Of a stretch of DNA of 64,000 nt, positions 22,100-31,966 are shown piece by piece. The position numbers and the translations under genes were made by a program. Under the pieces are notes generated by a model. That model searched no databases. It worked only from the letters and a program-made list of their open reading frames with translations, and had not been told where the DNA came from. The number at the start of each line of letters is the position of its first letter. Position 1 is the stretch's first letter. This stretch comes from Schizochytrium sp. TIO01 (taxonomy: Eukaryota; Protista; Bigyra: Labyrinthulomycetes): NCBI GenBank assembly GCA_004764695.1, contig SMSO01000007.1, positions 868,001 through 932,000 on the forward strand. Direction: 5' to 3'.

Positions 22100-25000
22100 T
22101 TATACTCGCAGAGACTTGGCCGGTGCCCAAACCTGAACAATATTGTTCTCCGCAGTTGATACAATACACCAAGGGTCGTCAGGGCACCATGAAATGTCAA
22201 ACACCTTATCTGTATGGCCACCATGCACAAAAAGAAGCTCTGGAGGACCATCAATATTGTTGTTGCCTTTGTCCTTGCTGCTGGAATTGCTTCCACGAGC
22301 ATCCCAAATACAGACGTGACCATCTTCACCACAGGAGGCAACAAGATGAGGCAAATAGGGGTTCCAGCTAATTCCTAACACATCCCCACGGTGATGCAAT
22401 AAAGACATTGTAGGGCGATCGCCCTTGCGCCGATCCCAGAATTCCACAGTGCCATCACTACGACCTGTCACGAAACAATTCTCATTAGTAGGGGAGAAAC
22501 TCATGCAGTTGATGCTAAGGGAAGTATCAGCGGCAGCGCCTTTGCCTTTGGGTGGTTGACTAGATCCAAAAGATGAAAGACGGTTTTGGCGAATATCGCC
22601 AAAGCTGATTGTTGCACTGTCATCGACACACGCAAACTCATTGGCTGATTGAAAAACCCATTGAACTTCATTCACAGAAATGCCTTGAAGATCATCATAA
22701 TGAATGAGCTCTCGCTTGCGATGCAGGTCCCAGCAGGCGACAAGACCGTCATCGCTACTCGAGAGCAAGGCACCACGTCTAACATTGTTCCAACTTAAGC
22801 CATAACCAGGTTCTGTGTGCACCGTCCGAATCGTAAAGGCCGAAACGACATCAGAAAGACTTGGGTTAACACGAACTATCTGGATATCAGTTGTTGCTGA
22901 AAAGCAAGCTGCAACGTACGGATCCTGTGGCATTGTGCGTACTCGGTGAATATCAGAACCAATTTCGAAACGAGCTCCGAACTTGATATCGCCCATATAG
23001 GATCCACAGAAGTTTCCCTCACTCAATGCCAACTGTTCATTTTCACAGGAAGAGGTTTCCTGCGGAAGTTGCACTGTGGTGATGGCGATTTCGTCTCCCT
23101 TGCTGCCATCGCTGCGATTAGATCCACACCAAAACGCCGAACGGGGGGCGGTGTACTCGTTCATTGGGATCCACGAGCAACTAAGAGCCGGCCAATAAAG
23201 TTGTTGTGTGATAACAAAGTCGTACAGGATTGGAGCATACTTTGCCCACAAAGCATATTCTTGAGTACCTTCGACATCATTCTCGTTGGCTACGATTGCG
23301 TTTGCCATCTCCTGCGGGTCCTTCACAACACAACGTGCTTCCCGCTCACCGCGGGTGAGAGGTACTGTCTCGTCGCTTGCTGATGAGATTGACATGGCAT
23401 CATCTTCATCATCACTTTTGATGAGGGCATCTTGAAGAGAGGTGAACAAGGACACTTCAGGACGAGCTGTGCCACGATTCCGTGAGAACTTCCGTACAGA
23501 AGTACTTTTCCCAGCGACAGCACTCTCCAGCTGCTTTCCACCGCCCTGTGTACCTCCCTGCACAATAATTTGACCATCTTCATTAGTTGCGATTGTAATG
23601 CCAGCATCCTCAACAAGCTTTCGAACATCGACAATAGGAACAGGGATTGCTCGCCCACGATGAGGTCCAAATTTAATCACATCTTCAGGATCATGTCGTT
23701 CATCTTCATCAACCGTAAATAAGAGCTTTCGCATTTTACCCCCCTTTTTGAAAAAACTTGGCGGAAAGTGGGTCCAGCGAACATAAACGTCCTTTCTCTT
23801 CAAGTTCGTTACATCCTCGTCAGAGGCTCCCAAGTGCGCCAACCATCGCTCACGCAGATTTACGCCACCCTTGTTGCTTTGTCCTTTAGGGATTGCAGAC
23901 ATTGTGCCGGCCAGCCATTCATAACCCTTCGCAGCCAAAACACCTTCAGCTTCGCGGCACAGTCCTGCTGGTGTGTTACACTGTGTGAGCTCACAAACAC
24001 AGGAAGCAGTGTTGTAGTGCCGAGAAGTCTGAGAAGTGTCAATGCCGTCATCTGCGTTGTCAGCTGACTGGCTAGTGGTTGCTGCTTCCGAGCCTTTTCC
24101 GGTATTAGATTTGCCCTTCTCCTTGTCTTTCTTCCTTTTCTTTGGCTTAGATTCGGCGTCTTCCTTTTTGGATTTAGAAGGCTTCGGCTCCTTTGCATTA
24201 TTTTTCTTGGACTCCTCAGAAGATTTTGAGCTCTTTTTACCATTTGGTTGAGGGGTACTATCCGCAGGGGTTGCAGGCAGTGCAACCTCAGGTAAGTCCT
24301 TGAGATCCTCCTCGATATTGACCAACGGCACAGGAATAGCTTGGCCACGATACTTGCCATACTGGGCAATGTCATCCTGCGTGTGGCGATCGTCCGCATC
24401 GACCATAAATTTTAGCTTGCGCATGTTTTTATCGGTAAGAGAAAAGAAGCTCGGTGGGAAGTGAGTCCAACGCACATCCACGTTGCGAAATCCAAGGCTG
24501 CCGACCTGCTCTTCGGTGATTCCAAGGTGGGCCAGCCACCGCTCTCGGAGGTTGATGCCGTTACGCGCACCGCCAGCTTTTGGTAAATGCACCGAGAGGC
24601 CTTCGAGCCACTCGTTACCATTGGCTGCCAACCGAGGTTCAACTTCCTTACAAATTCCAGGACGAGAATAGATGTCAATGAGCTCACAGACACAGGAACT
24701 CTTGCGGTACTTAAACTTGACGTCCTTTTTAGAGTCATTACCATTCTCCTCTGCATTGGAGGCGGCCTCGTCGTCTGACGCAGCATCAGCACCCAAAGGT
24801 GGAGCGCCTTCCTTGAGAACACTTGTATTTGGCATTGGGGCATCCTCGGCACTAGGGGCAGGAATACCAGGCCCAATCTTAGCGCAAGGAACAGGTACAG
24901 CCATTGTGTCAGTGAACATATCTTCAGGCAGATGTCCGGGATGAACCGGGACGCTCTTTCGCAAGCGGCGCATTTGCCGGTGTTTGGTGCCAATCATGCG

Positions 25001-27193
25001 GAAGAAAGACGCTGGGAAATGTGTCCAGCGGACATGTACGGTTTTACGATTAAGAGTAGCAAGCTGCTCCTCAGTAATGCCGAGATGCTCGATCCAGCGC
25101 TCGCGAAGCTTGATACCGCCAAGTTCCTGACCAAAGGCAGGGAGCTGAATCGTTAGTCCCTCCAGCCAGGTTAGACCATTCTGGGCCGCTTCGCCTTCTA
25201 CCAATTTACAGTACCCCGACGGTACGTTACATGGAAGAAGTTCACAGACACAGGTAGGACCAGAGTTCATACCACTCCGCGTCCGCCTAGAACGTGATGA
25301 TGACGGAGTTTTGCTATCGCCAGATGATCTTTGCTTTTTCGGAGTAGTCAACCCATCCTCGTCATTTTCACCATCACCATCGTCTTCGGAGTTCTTTCCA
25401 TCCTCACCATCGCCATCCTCCCTATCACTTTCGCCACTAAGATCCATATCATCGTCACCCTCACCCGCAGCTCCTTCCGGAACTTCGGCCTCTTCAGGCC
25501 GTAGAGGCTCCTTGAACTCAACCTTTGAGTCTTTGAGTTTCATACACGGTACAGGAACACCCCGACCACGATGCTGACCAAACTGCAGAATATCTTCGGG
25601 TTCATGTTCTGGCACAACCTCGACAGTATGTAAAAGTCGTCGCGATTTGCTTCCCGTCTTGCTAAAGAAATAAGGATGGAAGTGCGTCCAACGAACTTGG
25701 ATATGTGCACGGTTAAGTTCCTGAATCTCGGCCTCCGTTACGCCAAGATGGGCTAGCCAACGCTCGCGCATGTTAATCTTGCCTATAACGGCAGATTCCC
25801 GAGGGAGTTGCGACATGAGCCCTGCAAGGCGACCGTAGCCTAGATCTTCAAGCTGGCTTTCCGCTAACCGGCACATGCCTGCAGTGCTCGTTGTCGGTAA
25901 AAGTTCGCACAAGCATGCATTCTGGTTTTGATACATGCTGCTACGTCTTTTGCCTTGGGTAGAGCTCTTATCGTCGGATTTAGATTTGGAGGCTTTCGCT
26001 GGTGTTGACTTTTTGTCATGCTTTTTCTTCTGTCGCTGCTCTCCCGCCTCAGAAGACATTGCCGCTTCTTCGGCCTTACGCTTCTGTGAATTTCTCTTTT
26101 GTTTCGCGGCAGCGTTCTTCTTTTCCTTCTCCTTTTCCGCATTCCGTTTATTTTTGGCACGTGCCTTTGTTGCGAGTACTCTCTGCAATCTCGAAGTCAG
26201 CTTGATGGGTTGCATATCTGGAGAGAGCTTCTGACTCGGGATGGGAATGCCCTTTCCGAAGTTTGGTCCTGCCTTGATAATTTGTTTGTTCGTGTGGGAA
26301 GAGCTCTTCGAAACTGTGGGTACAAGCCTCCAAGGGCGTTTTGTCCCGAGCTTGAAGTTTTGTAGTGGAAAGTGAGTCCATCGGATCACAAGAGGTTCAC
26401 TAATGTCCCCAAGGTCCTCCTCGCTCACCTGAAGTTGCTCCAGCCAGCTGGTTCTCAGATCGACACCCTCCTTCTTTATACCTGCCTCCGGCATCTTTAT
26501 CATCTTTCCGAGAAATTGCGCAAAGGTGTCGCAGTCAGGACCTGCTACGGCCCCTGCTTCTGCTTCGCGACAGAGGCCTGCCGCTGTTTTTGCCTTGACT
26601 AATTCGCAGATACATTTGAGGTCATGGCCCTCGATGGTTTCAACGCCATACAGCTCACCCTCATCTTCGCCGTCTTCATCTTCGTCTTCGTTATCGCCAG
26701 CGTTGTTCTCGTCAATCTCTTTTTCACCAGTCTCGCCTGAACTTTGAGCAGCACTTTCTTCTTTGTCCTTTTCAGACTCTGCCTGGGCTTCCTCAACTCC
26801 AGATTTCCCTTCGTCCTTCATATCAGATGCCTTGGGTGACTTCTTCTTGTCGTCATCTGCTTTGTTATCTTCGGCAGGAGATTTAGAAGATTCATCATCC
26901 TTGCTCTCGCTCTTCTTTTCGTCATCCTTGTCACCCTCAGCATCATCCATCTTAGAGTCCTCATCAGCTTTATTAGCTTCAGCGCTTTCGGGCTTTTCCA
27001 CCTTTTCCTTGTCAGAAGTGTCAGATTTGTCATTCTTCACAGCACTTTCTTCGCCTTTCTTCTCTTCATCATCATTGATCTTGCTGCTCTCTTCGGAGTC
27101 CACTTCCACCTTGACAGCGTCATTTTCGGTGTCCTTTTCAGGTCCTTTTTCAGAGACTTTTGGGGAGTCCTTTTCGAGGTCGTTATCACCCAT
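22100..27193 (-). CDS. Multi-domain nuclear protein: acidic N-terminus + five THAP-like Cys/His repeats + C-terminal RBBP4/MSI1 (CAF1C H4-binding + WD40) module
   Basis: Uninterrupted 1697-aa ORF. EYALWAKYAPILYDFVITQQLYWPALSCSW is a CAF1C H4-binding motif and DGPPELLFVHGGHTDKVFDISW...AENNIVQVW is the RBBP4 C-terminal signature. It also has five ~120-aa repeats CxCEL..GxC..RxxW..RWTHF..PxP. Confidence 0.88.
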   Translation of the reverse strand: MGDNDLEKDSPKVSEKGPEKDTENDAVKVEVDSEESSKINDDEEKKGEESAVKNDKSDTSDKEKVEKPESAEANKADEDSKMDDAEGDKDDEKKSESKDDESSKSPAEDNKADDDKKKSPKASDMKDEGKSGVEEAQAESEKDKEESAAQSSGETGEKEIDENNAGDNEDEDEDGEDEGELYGVETIEGHDLKCICELVKAKTAAGLCREAEAGAVAGPDCDTFAQFLGKMIKMPEAGIKKEGVDLRTSWLEQLQVSEEDLGDISEPLVIRWTHFPLQNFKLGTKRPWRLVPTVSKSSSHTNKQIIKAGPNFGKGIPIPSQKLSPDMQPIKLTSRLQRVLATKARAKNKRNAEKEKEKKNAAAKQKRNSQKRKAEEAAMSSEAGEQRQKKKHDKKSTPAKASKSKSDDKSSTQGKRRSSMYQNQNACLCELLPTTSTAGMCRLAESQLEDLGYGRLAGLMSQLPRESAVIGKINMRERWLAHLGVTEAEIQELNRAHIQVRWTHFHPYFFSKTGSKSRRLLHTVEVVPEHEPEDILQFGQHRGRGVPVPCMKLKDSKVEFKEPLRPEEAEVPEGAAGEGDDDMDLSGESDREDGDGEDGKNSEDDGDGENDEDGLTTPKKQRSSGDSKTPSSSRSRRTRSGMNSGPTCVCELLPCNVPSGYCKLVEGEAAQNGLTWLEGLTIQLPAFGQELGGIKLRERWIEHLGITEEQLATLNRKTVHVRWTHFPASFFRMIGTKHRQMRRLRKSVPVHPGHLPEDMFTDTMAVPVPCAKIGPGIPAPSAEDAPMPNTSVLKEGAPPLGADAASDDEAASNAEENGNDSKKDVKFKYRKSSCVCELIDIYSRPGICKEVEPRLAANGNEWLEGLSVHLPKAGGARNGINLRERWLAHLGITEEQVGSLGFRNVDVRWTHFPPSFFSLTDKNMRKLKFMVDADDRHTQDDIAQYGKYRGQAIPVPLVNIEEDLKDLPEVALPATPADSTPQPNGKKSSKSSEESKKNNAKEPKPSKSKKEDAESKPKKRKKDKEKGKSNTGKGSEAATTSQSADNADDGIDTSQTSRHYNTASCVCELTQCNTPAGLCREAEGVLAAKGYEWLAGTMSAIPKGQSNKGGVNLRERWLAHLGASDEDVTNLKRKDVYVRWTHFPPSFFKKGGKMRKLLFTVDEDERHDPEDVIKFGPHRGRAIPVPIVDVRKLVEDAGITIATNEDGQIIVQGGTQGGGKQLESAVAGKSTSVRKFSRNRGTARPEVSLFTSLQDALIKSDDEDDAMSISSASDETVPLTRGEREARCVVKDPQEMANAIVANENDVEGTQEYALWAKYAPILYDFVITQQLYWPALSCSWIPMNEYTAPRSAFWCGSNRSDGSKGDEIAITTVQLPQETSSCENEQLALSEGNFCGSYMGDIKFGARFEIGSDIHRVRTMPQDPYVAACFSATTDIQIVRVNPSLSDVVSAFTIRTVHTEPGYGLSWNNVRRGALLSSSDDGLVACWDLHRKRELIHYDDLQGISVNEVQWVFQSANEFACVDDSATISFGDIRQNRLSSFGSSQPPKGKGAAADTSLSINCMSFSPTNENCFVTGRSDGTVEFWDRRKGDRPTMSLLHHRGDVLGISWNPYLPHLVASCGEDGHVCIWDARGSNSSSKDKGNNNIDGPPELLFVHGGHTDKVFDISWCPDDPWCIVSTAENNIVQVWAPAKSLRV

Positions 27194-28639
27194 TTTGACG
27201 TGCTGAATTTGCGTTGCGCAAATGTCTTTTAAACCGATTTTTGGTTCAAATAGGCCGTTTTCCGTCGGGTTTTCGACGCCGCCTCTGCACTTTCGCGCGC
27301 CTCTTGCAGGTCACGGAGTGATTCTTTGAGCAGGATTTCGCTCTACGGAGATTATTTAGAGTACCCTCAGGCCCCGGTCCTTTGTGTGACTCCTGGGTAG
27401 GCGTAGAAGAACAGAGTGTTCACCGTTAGGGCAGATGCAGTCCAGATGGCCTTCGACCTCGCGCTGATTTCGCGCGGAATGAGCTGGGCGAACGGCCCCA
27501 GCAGCCAGACACTCCCGCTCGAGGGCTCTATCCCAGCCTGCACCTCTGCTGCGGCACCAAGCGCCGCACAGATGCGCAGTCCGCTGCACAGGATGGTGCT
27601 GATGCGCGATTAGATCGCGATCTCCGTCGCAGCGACTATCTTCGCAGAGACAATAGGATACCTTCTATTCAATAATATTCTTTGATATAAAGGATATCCT
27701 CTTCTAATAAACAATATAAGCGACACAGTCGATCTTGAAGCTAAACGCCGCGGAAGAGCAACATCAGAGCTTGCAGCGAGAGCCCAGAGGAAAGGGATAT
27801 GATTCAGAAGATGTAAATAAGGGAGAAATTAATATCAGCTCTCTATGGTTGAAATTCCAGGGGTGAATGGCATAGCAACGGCGAAGATGGTGGACGACTT
27901 GGCAAATTTGGCGGTTAATGAATTGATGGAAGATAGAAGTATTAGGTAGGTAGAACGGTAAGAATGATAGGAGTAGTCATAAAGGAGCCTTGTACAAACT
28001 TGTTTGTTTTCTTTCTTTGGGATGCGCCGCTGCATCTGCTCCAAGTCTATGGATCCGCTCAGGCATTCTTGATATAAAAATGCTCTCAGGAAAGCTTGAC
28101 GATATGGTATCTAGCAGCGTTAATAGTATGAATGAAGTAAAGCAAACTTTTCAGAACATGTTTTTTCTTCTTTTCAACTCAGTTGGGAATCTAATTTACG
28201 GAGGTGCGAAATGTTCGATAAAAATTGTAGATGAGGGATTATTATTCCTCGTTACTGGTGAGAAATCAAGTGATTGTCGATGAGGTGACGCCAGAATGAA
28301 TACCTTCTGATGACGTGCATCTCTGGTGCGCGCGTCAATAGGACAGGATTTTGGAGGAATAGGTCTTAGCGGTGGTAACATGTAGTAGACAGTCCAGGTG
28401 GCAAGATATATAACATTAGTGCCTTTGAAGTACCCCCTTCCTTTTAAAATAATATATGGCGTTTGTAAGATGCGCAGGGGAGATGGATGTGATAGCGATT
28501 GAACAAGCATGATGACATGTATGAGGTAATATACAGTTTTATCTTAAGGTAGCTAATTTAAACAGGGATTGAAAACGCAAGCTTTGAGTAAATAATGAGT
28601 TCAGCGAGCAAGAATGCTAGTGAAATCTCATCGCTTAGC

Positions 28640-31600
28640 TCAGGTATCGTGGAAGGTTTGCATTTCAATATCCTGCTGGAACGTCTGGTGTCGAGACTGG
28701 TTCCGCGTACGACGCACTTCAAGAAGCTCTTGCTTTTTGCGAACTAATCCAGGCAAAACAAAAAAGTCATAAACCCAACCGAATCCAAGACAGCCGAGAG
28801 TAAAGGCATACAGGGTACCAATCATGTAATCCCCTAGGTAGAACCGATGCAGACCAATGACACCACCAGGGAGCCATAAAATATAGGCATCAATCAATGA
28901 GTAGTTGTCATCATCAGATGGTGCATCGCCACGAACCAAGGAGTCATGGTAAAGATCTGGAAGACGCCAAGCATCAATGATCCAACCCATACACAGGCCT
29001 CCAAACGTACAAAGATAATAAAAGCCCCACTTTATTTGTCCCATGGCAAAGCGGTGAGCACCCCAGTAACCAAGAACGCCCCAAAGGATGTAGGTCTCAT
29101 GCAGTGAGCAACTCACAGTCTCACCCCTATTCATGCGATCAACGAGGGCGGGAAGTCTGAGTATATCAAAGAACCAACCTACACCAAGCAAACCCAAGGT
29201 GCAGGCATAAACGATACCCCACGTAGTACGACCCAAATAAAAGTGATGCGCGCCGAAGAGACCAAGGAAAAGGCAATACATATAGGCAACTTCAACGGAG
29301 TATGTCTCCAAACTAGGACGCAATTCTTCATCTTCAACAATAATGGGCTGCATAGGCTCGCTGGCACTTGCAAACCGGGCAGAAGTCCGAAGTTCTGTCT
29401 GATAGTCCATCCCAACAGAAGAAGGCTCAGTATGACGAACATTTTGGCGCGACCGATTAGATGCCTGAGATACTAACATTGGGTACCCAGAATCTGAGGT
29501 AGCTTCACGGTCAGATTCCAGCTCGGGGGTTTTGGACAGTACGCGTGGAGACGCCTGGGCATCACTTGACTCGTGCTCATCTCGAAGGCGACTCCGGGCT
29601 ATGGCACTAGTAGCTCCAGTAGCTCCCACAGCTGGCGCGCTTGCTGTGACCTCTGCAACACCTGTAGCATCCACAGCTTTATCAGATGTCAAGTTTTGAG
29701 CGCCGGCTGAAACAGGGGCAGATGATGCAAGTAGGGCATCCCGTGACTGTTGAGTTTCACTCTCTGGCTCTGGGTTGGAATCATGATCATAATCTTTCTC
29801 CTCCTCAGAGCTAGAGGAAAGCTTGTTGACATCGTTGTCTTTTCCGTTGGCATTTGCACTACCAGTAACACCTGGGTCAGAAGGTTCAGGCAAAATTCTG
29901 TTTTGCCCCTTCGAAGATGATCCGGTATGACCTGTACTAGTAGGATCTTCATGGGAGGGCTCTGAAAGCTTATTGGGGGTACCCGCGTGTTCATGAAGCT
30001 CTGGAATTGACTTCATAGGGGCAGCTCGTCCAAGACCAAAGTCTTGGCGTCGTTTCTTCGTACTTTGAGGAGCATCGTATATTTCGTCGGAATTAGCGTC
30101 AATAGAGGACTTCTGAGCAGGACGTTTCATAGCATCAGATGGCGAGCCTGTGGCGCTTCCAGATGCAACTGATTGCTTGCCAGCAGATGATGCATCAAGT
30201 TCGCGAGCGAGGGTCCGAGTACTTGCAATATGAAAAAAGTGGGAGACACAATTAGTGATGATGCGCATAGATCCGTCAGGAAGTTGCTCTGCACAAATAA
30301 CTTCAAAACAATATTTTGGGGCAAGGTCTGGTTTGTCCTTGGGTCTCCGCTTCTTTGACAATGTTACGCTAAGCTTCCAGCAAGTAGCCTTAAAGGTGAG
30401 AAGCATGCCGCCAGTTGGAATGGGCGAGGTACGGCCCCGGAGGCAATGCTTTACTAACGCTTGAAATTCATTGGCGGAAAGCACCATACCAGGCCGCAAG
30501 GTCGTGACCTCACCCTCTGATGTAGCAAGGTCAATCCTTGATAATGCTGTGAGGCGGCGAGGTTCAATCTCGAAGCCATTGAGTACAGCCTCTACAGAGC
30601 TACTACACGTTCCACCTCCGCTGATATTGTGACGTTGCCCATTGATCCGCATTGTATGATAGTCGCCAAATTCAGGGCACACAGGGAAACATTGCAAGTT
30701 TTTGCGATCATTGCGCCAATACTTGGCATGGAAGCTAGTGTTGAAAGTGATCTTAGCACTCGAATTACTTCCTTCCATAGGAGTAGGTTGATCAGGCATT
30801 CCTGGTGACTGATCAGACTCTTGAGACGAAGTTGTTGATGCAGCCGAACTTCGATTTGACACTGTACTTGTGCTTGCAGCACGAAGTGTTGCCTGCGGCA
30901 GTGGAGGAGGTTGGTTTAATGTTCCAGCATATTCCTGTCGCGGAGGGAAGACGGGGTCTGTAAACATACGGTGAATGTCTTGTAGATCCTCTTCTGGATC
31001 AAAGCCTCCATCTAAATGTGGATGCTTGATTGTAGGCTCGAGTTTGATATGGTTATCAAAAGGCTCTTCTGATGCAAAAAGTGCAGGTATTTGGTTTGAA
31101 GAATATGATGACTCTAATAGTGAAGCATGATTATGATCATACCCGTCACTGGTATATTGTTTGTGAGCCGAACCTCCATTATCTACTACACCCAGAGGAT
31201 CTGATGAATGCAGCGGAATATCGAAACCGTTGTTAACAGACGCCCTGCCCATGTCGAAGTCGTTGTGAGGGCCACTGCTGCTACTACTGCTACTGCTCCC
31301 CGGTAAGTTTGACTCGTGTGACCCATTTTGGAAAGTACCATGATGATCAAAATCTGCGTATTTCTGCTGTGAGTGCTGCGGTCGTGTGCCATAGGTGTTC
31401 GTCATCATTGCACCGTTTGAGTTATAAGGTGAAGGGTCGAAGCCTGAATGAGAGGGGGCGTGTTGTGAGTTTTCGTGAGATACCTGTGGACCAAACCAGT
31501 CGTTAATTTGTTGCCCGCTGGCAAATTCATCATCAAGTAGATCAATGATATCATTGAGCTCATCCTCAACCAGGTCATTCGGGGCAGACTTTGGAAAGCT

Positions 31601-31966
31601 ATGGGATGGGTGGTGGTTTGTAGATTGGTCCATGGGCAAGACGAAATCGCCGTATTCGAGTCCTACAGATGAAAGCTGAGAGGTCGCCAATGGATCGTGA
31701 TCAGGTCGATACGAGTTAGGGATTGATACGTCTCGGTTATATAGTGGATCGAGATCTGATCCGTATTGCTGCTGTTGAAGATACTGAAATTGCTGATGCT
31801 CGCTGTGTTGATGGTGTTGCTGTTCTTGGTGGTGGTCTTCAGTTCCGGATGCAGGAGAAGTTAAATAGTCACTCCCATCGCCAGATTCAGAGACTGTGTA
31901 AGGTGAGAACGGTGCGTCGAGGGGGGAGAAGTAGGCGTCAATTGATGAGTTTTCCGGTGGCAGCAT
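28640..31966 (-). CDS. Protein with acidic/Q-rich N-terminus, central uncharacterised Cys-containing domain, NLS-like motifs and three C-terminal TM2 domains
   Basis: 1108-aa ORF with three TM2 motifs (AY..CLFLGLFGAHHFYLG; TYILWGVLGYWGAHRFAMG; AYILWLPGGVIGLHRFYLG, each followed by T.G..G.GW..D). Central domain YWRNDRKNLQCFPVCPE; KKRR occurs twice. Confidence 0.85.
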   Translation of the reverse strand: MLPPENSSIDAYFSPLDAPFSPYTVSESGDGSDYLTSPASGTEDHHQEQQHHQHSEHQQFQYLQQQQYGSDLDPLYNRDVSIPNSYRPDHDPLATSQLSSVGLEYGDFVLPMDQSTNHHPSHSFPKSAPNDLVEDELNDIIDLLDDEFASGQQINDWFGPQVSHENSQHAPSHSGFDPSPYNSNGAMMTNTYGTRPQHSQQKYADFDHHGTFQNGSHESNLPGSSSSSSSSGPHNDFDMGRASVNNGFDIPLHSSDPLGVVDNGGSAHKQYTSDGYDHNHASLLESSYSSNQIPALFASEEPFDNHIKLEPTIKHPHLDGGFDPEEDLQDIHRMFTDPVFPPRQEYAGTLNQPPPLPQATLRAASTSTVSNRSSAASTTSSQESDQSPGMPDQPTPMEGSNSSAKITFNTSFHAKYWRNDRKNLQCFPVCPEFGDYHTMRINGQRHNISGGGTCSSSVEAVLNGFEIEPRRLTALSRIDLATSEGEVTTLRPGMVLSANEFQALVKHCLRGRTSPIPTGGMLLTFKATCWKLSVTLSKKRRPKDKPDLAPKYCFEVICAEQLPDGSMRIITNCVSHFFHIASTRTLARELDASSAGKQSVASGSATGSPSDAMKRPAQKSSIDANSDEIYDAPQSTKKRRQDFGLGRAAPMKSIPELHEHAGTPNKLSEPSHEDPTSTGHTGSSSKGQNRILPEPSDPGVTGSANANGKDNDVNKLSSSSEEEKDYDHDSNPEPESETQQSRDALLASSAPVSAGAQNLTSDKAVDATGVAEVTASAPAVGATGATSAIARSRLRDEHESSDAQASPRVLSKTPELESDREATSDSGYPMLVSQASNRSRQNVRHTEPSSVGMDYQTELRTSARFASASEPMQPIIVEDEELRPSLETYSVEVAYMYCLFLGLFGAHHFYLGRTTWGIVYACTLGLLGVGWFFDILRLPALVDRMNRGETVSCSLHETYILWGVLGYWGAHRFAMGQIKWGFYYLCTFGGLCMGWIIDAWRLPDLYHDSLVRGDAPSDDDNYSLIDAYILWLPGGVIGLHRFYLGDYMIGTLYAFTLGCLGFGWVYDFFVLPGLVRKKQELLEVRRTRNQSRHQTFQQDIEMQTFHDT

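Noticed and set aside
26620-26660. Chromodomain-like start (ELYGVETIEGH) just before the first THAP-like repeat
   Set aside because: Only the first strand pattern is present; the Y.VKW.G...TWE remainder is missing.
27840-28283. Possible small spliced gene on + strand (MVEIPGV... plus ORF 27990-28283)
   Set aside because: No recognisable product and no convincing acceptor; insufficient support.
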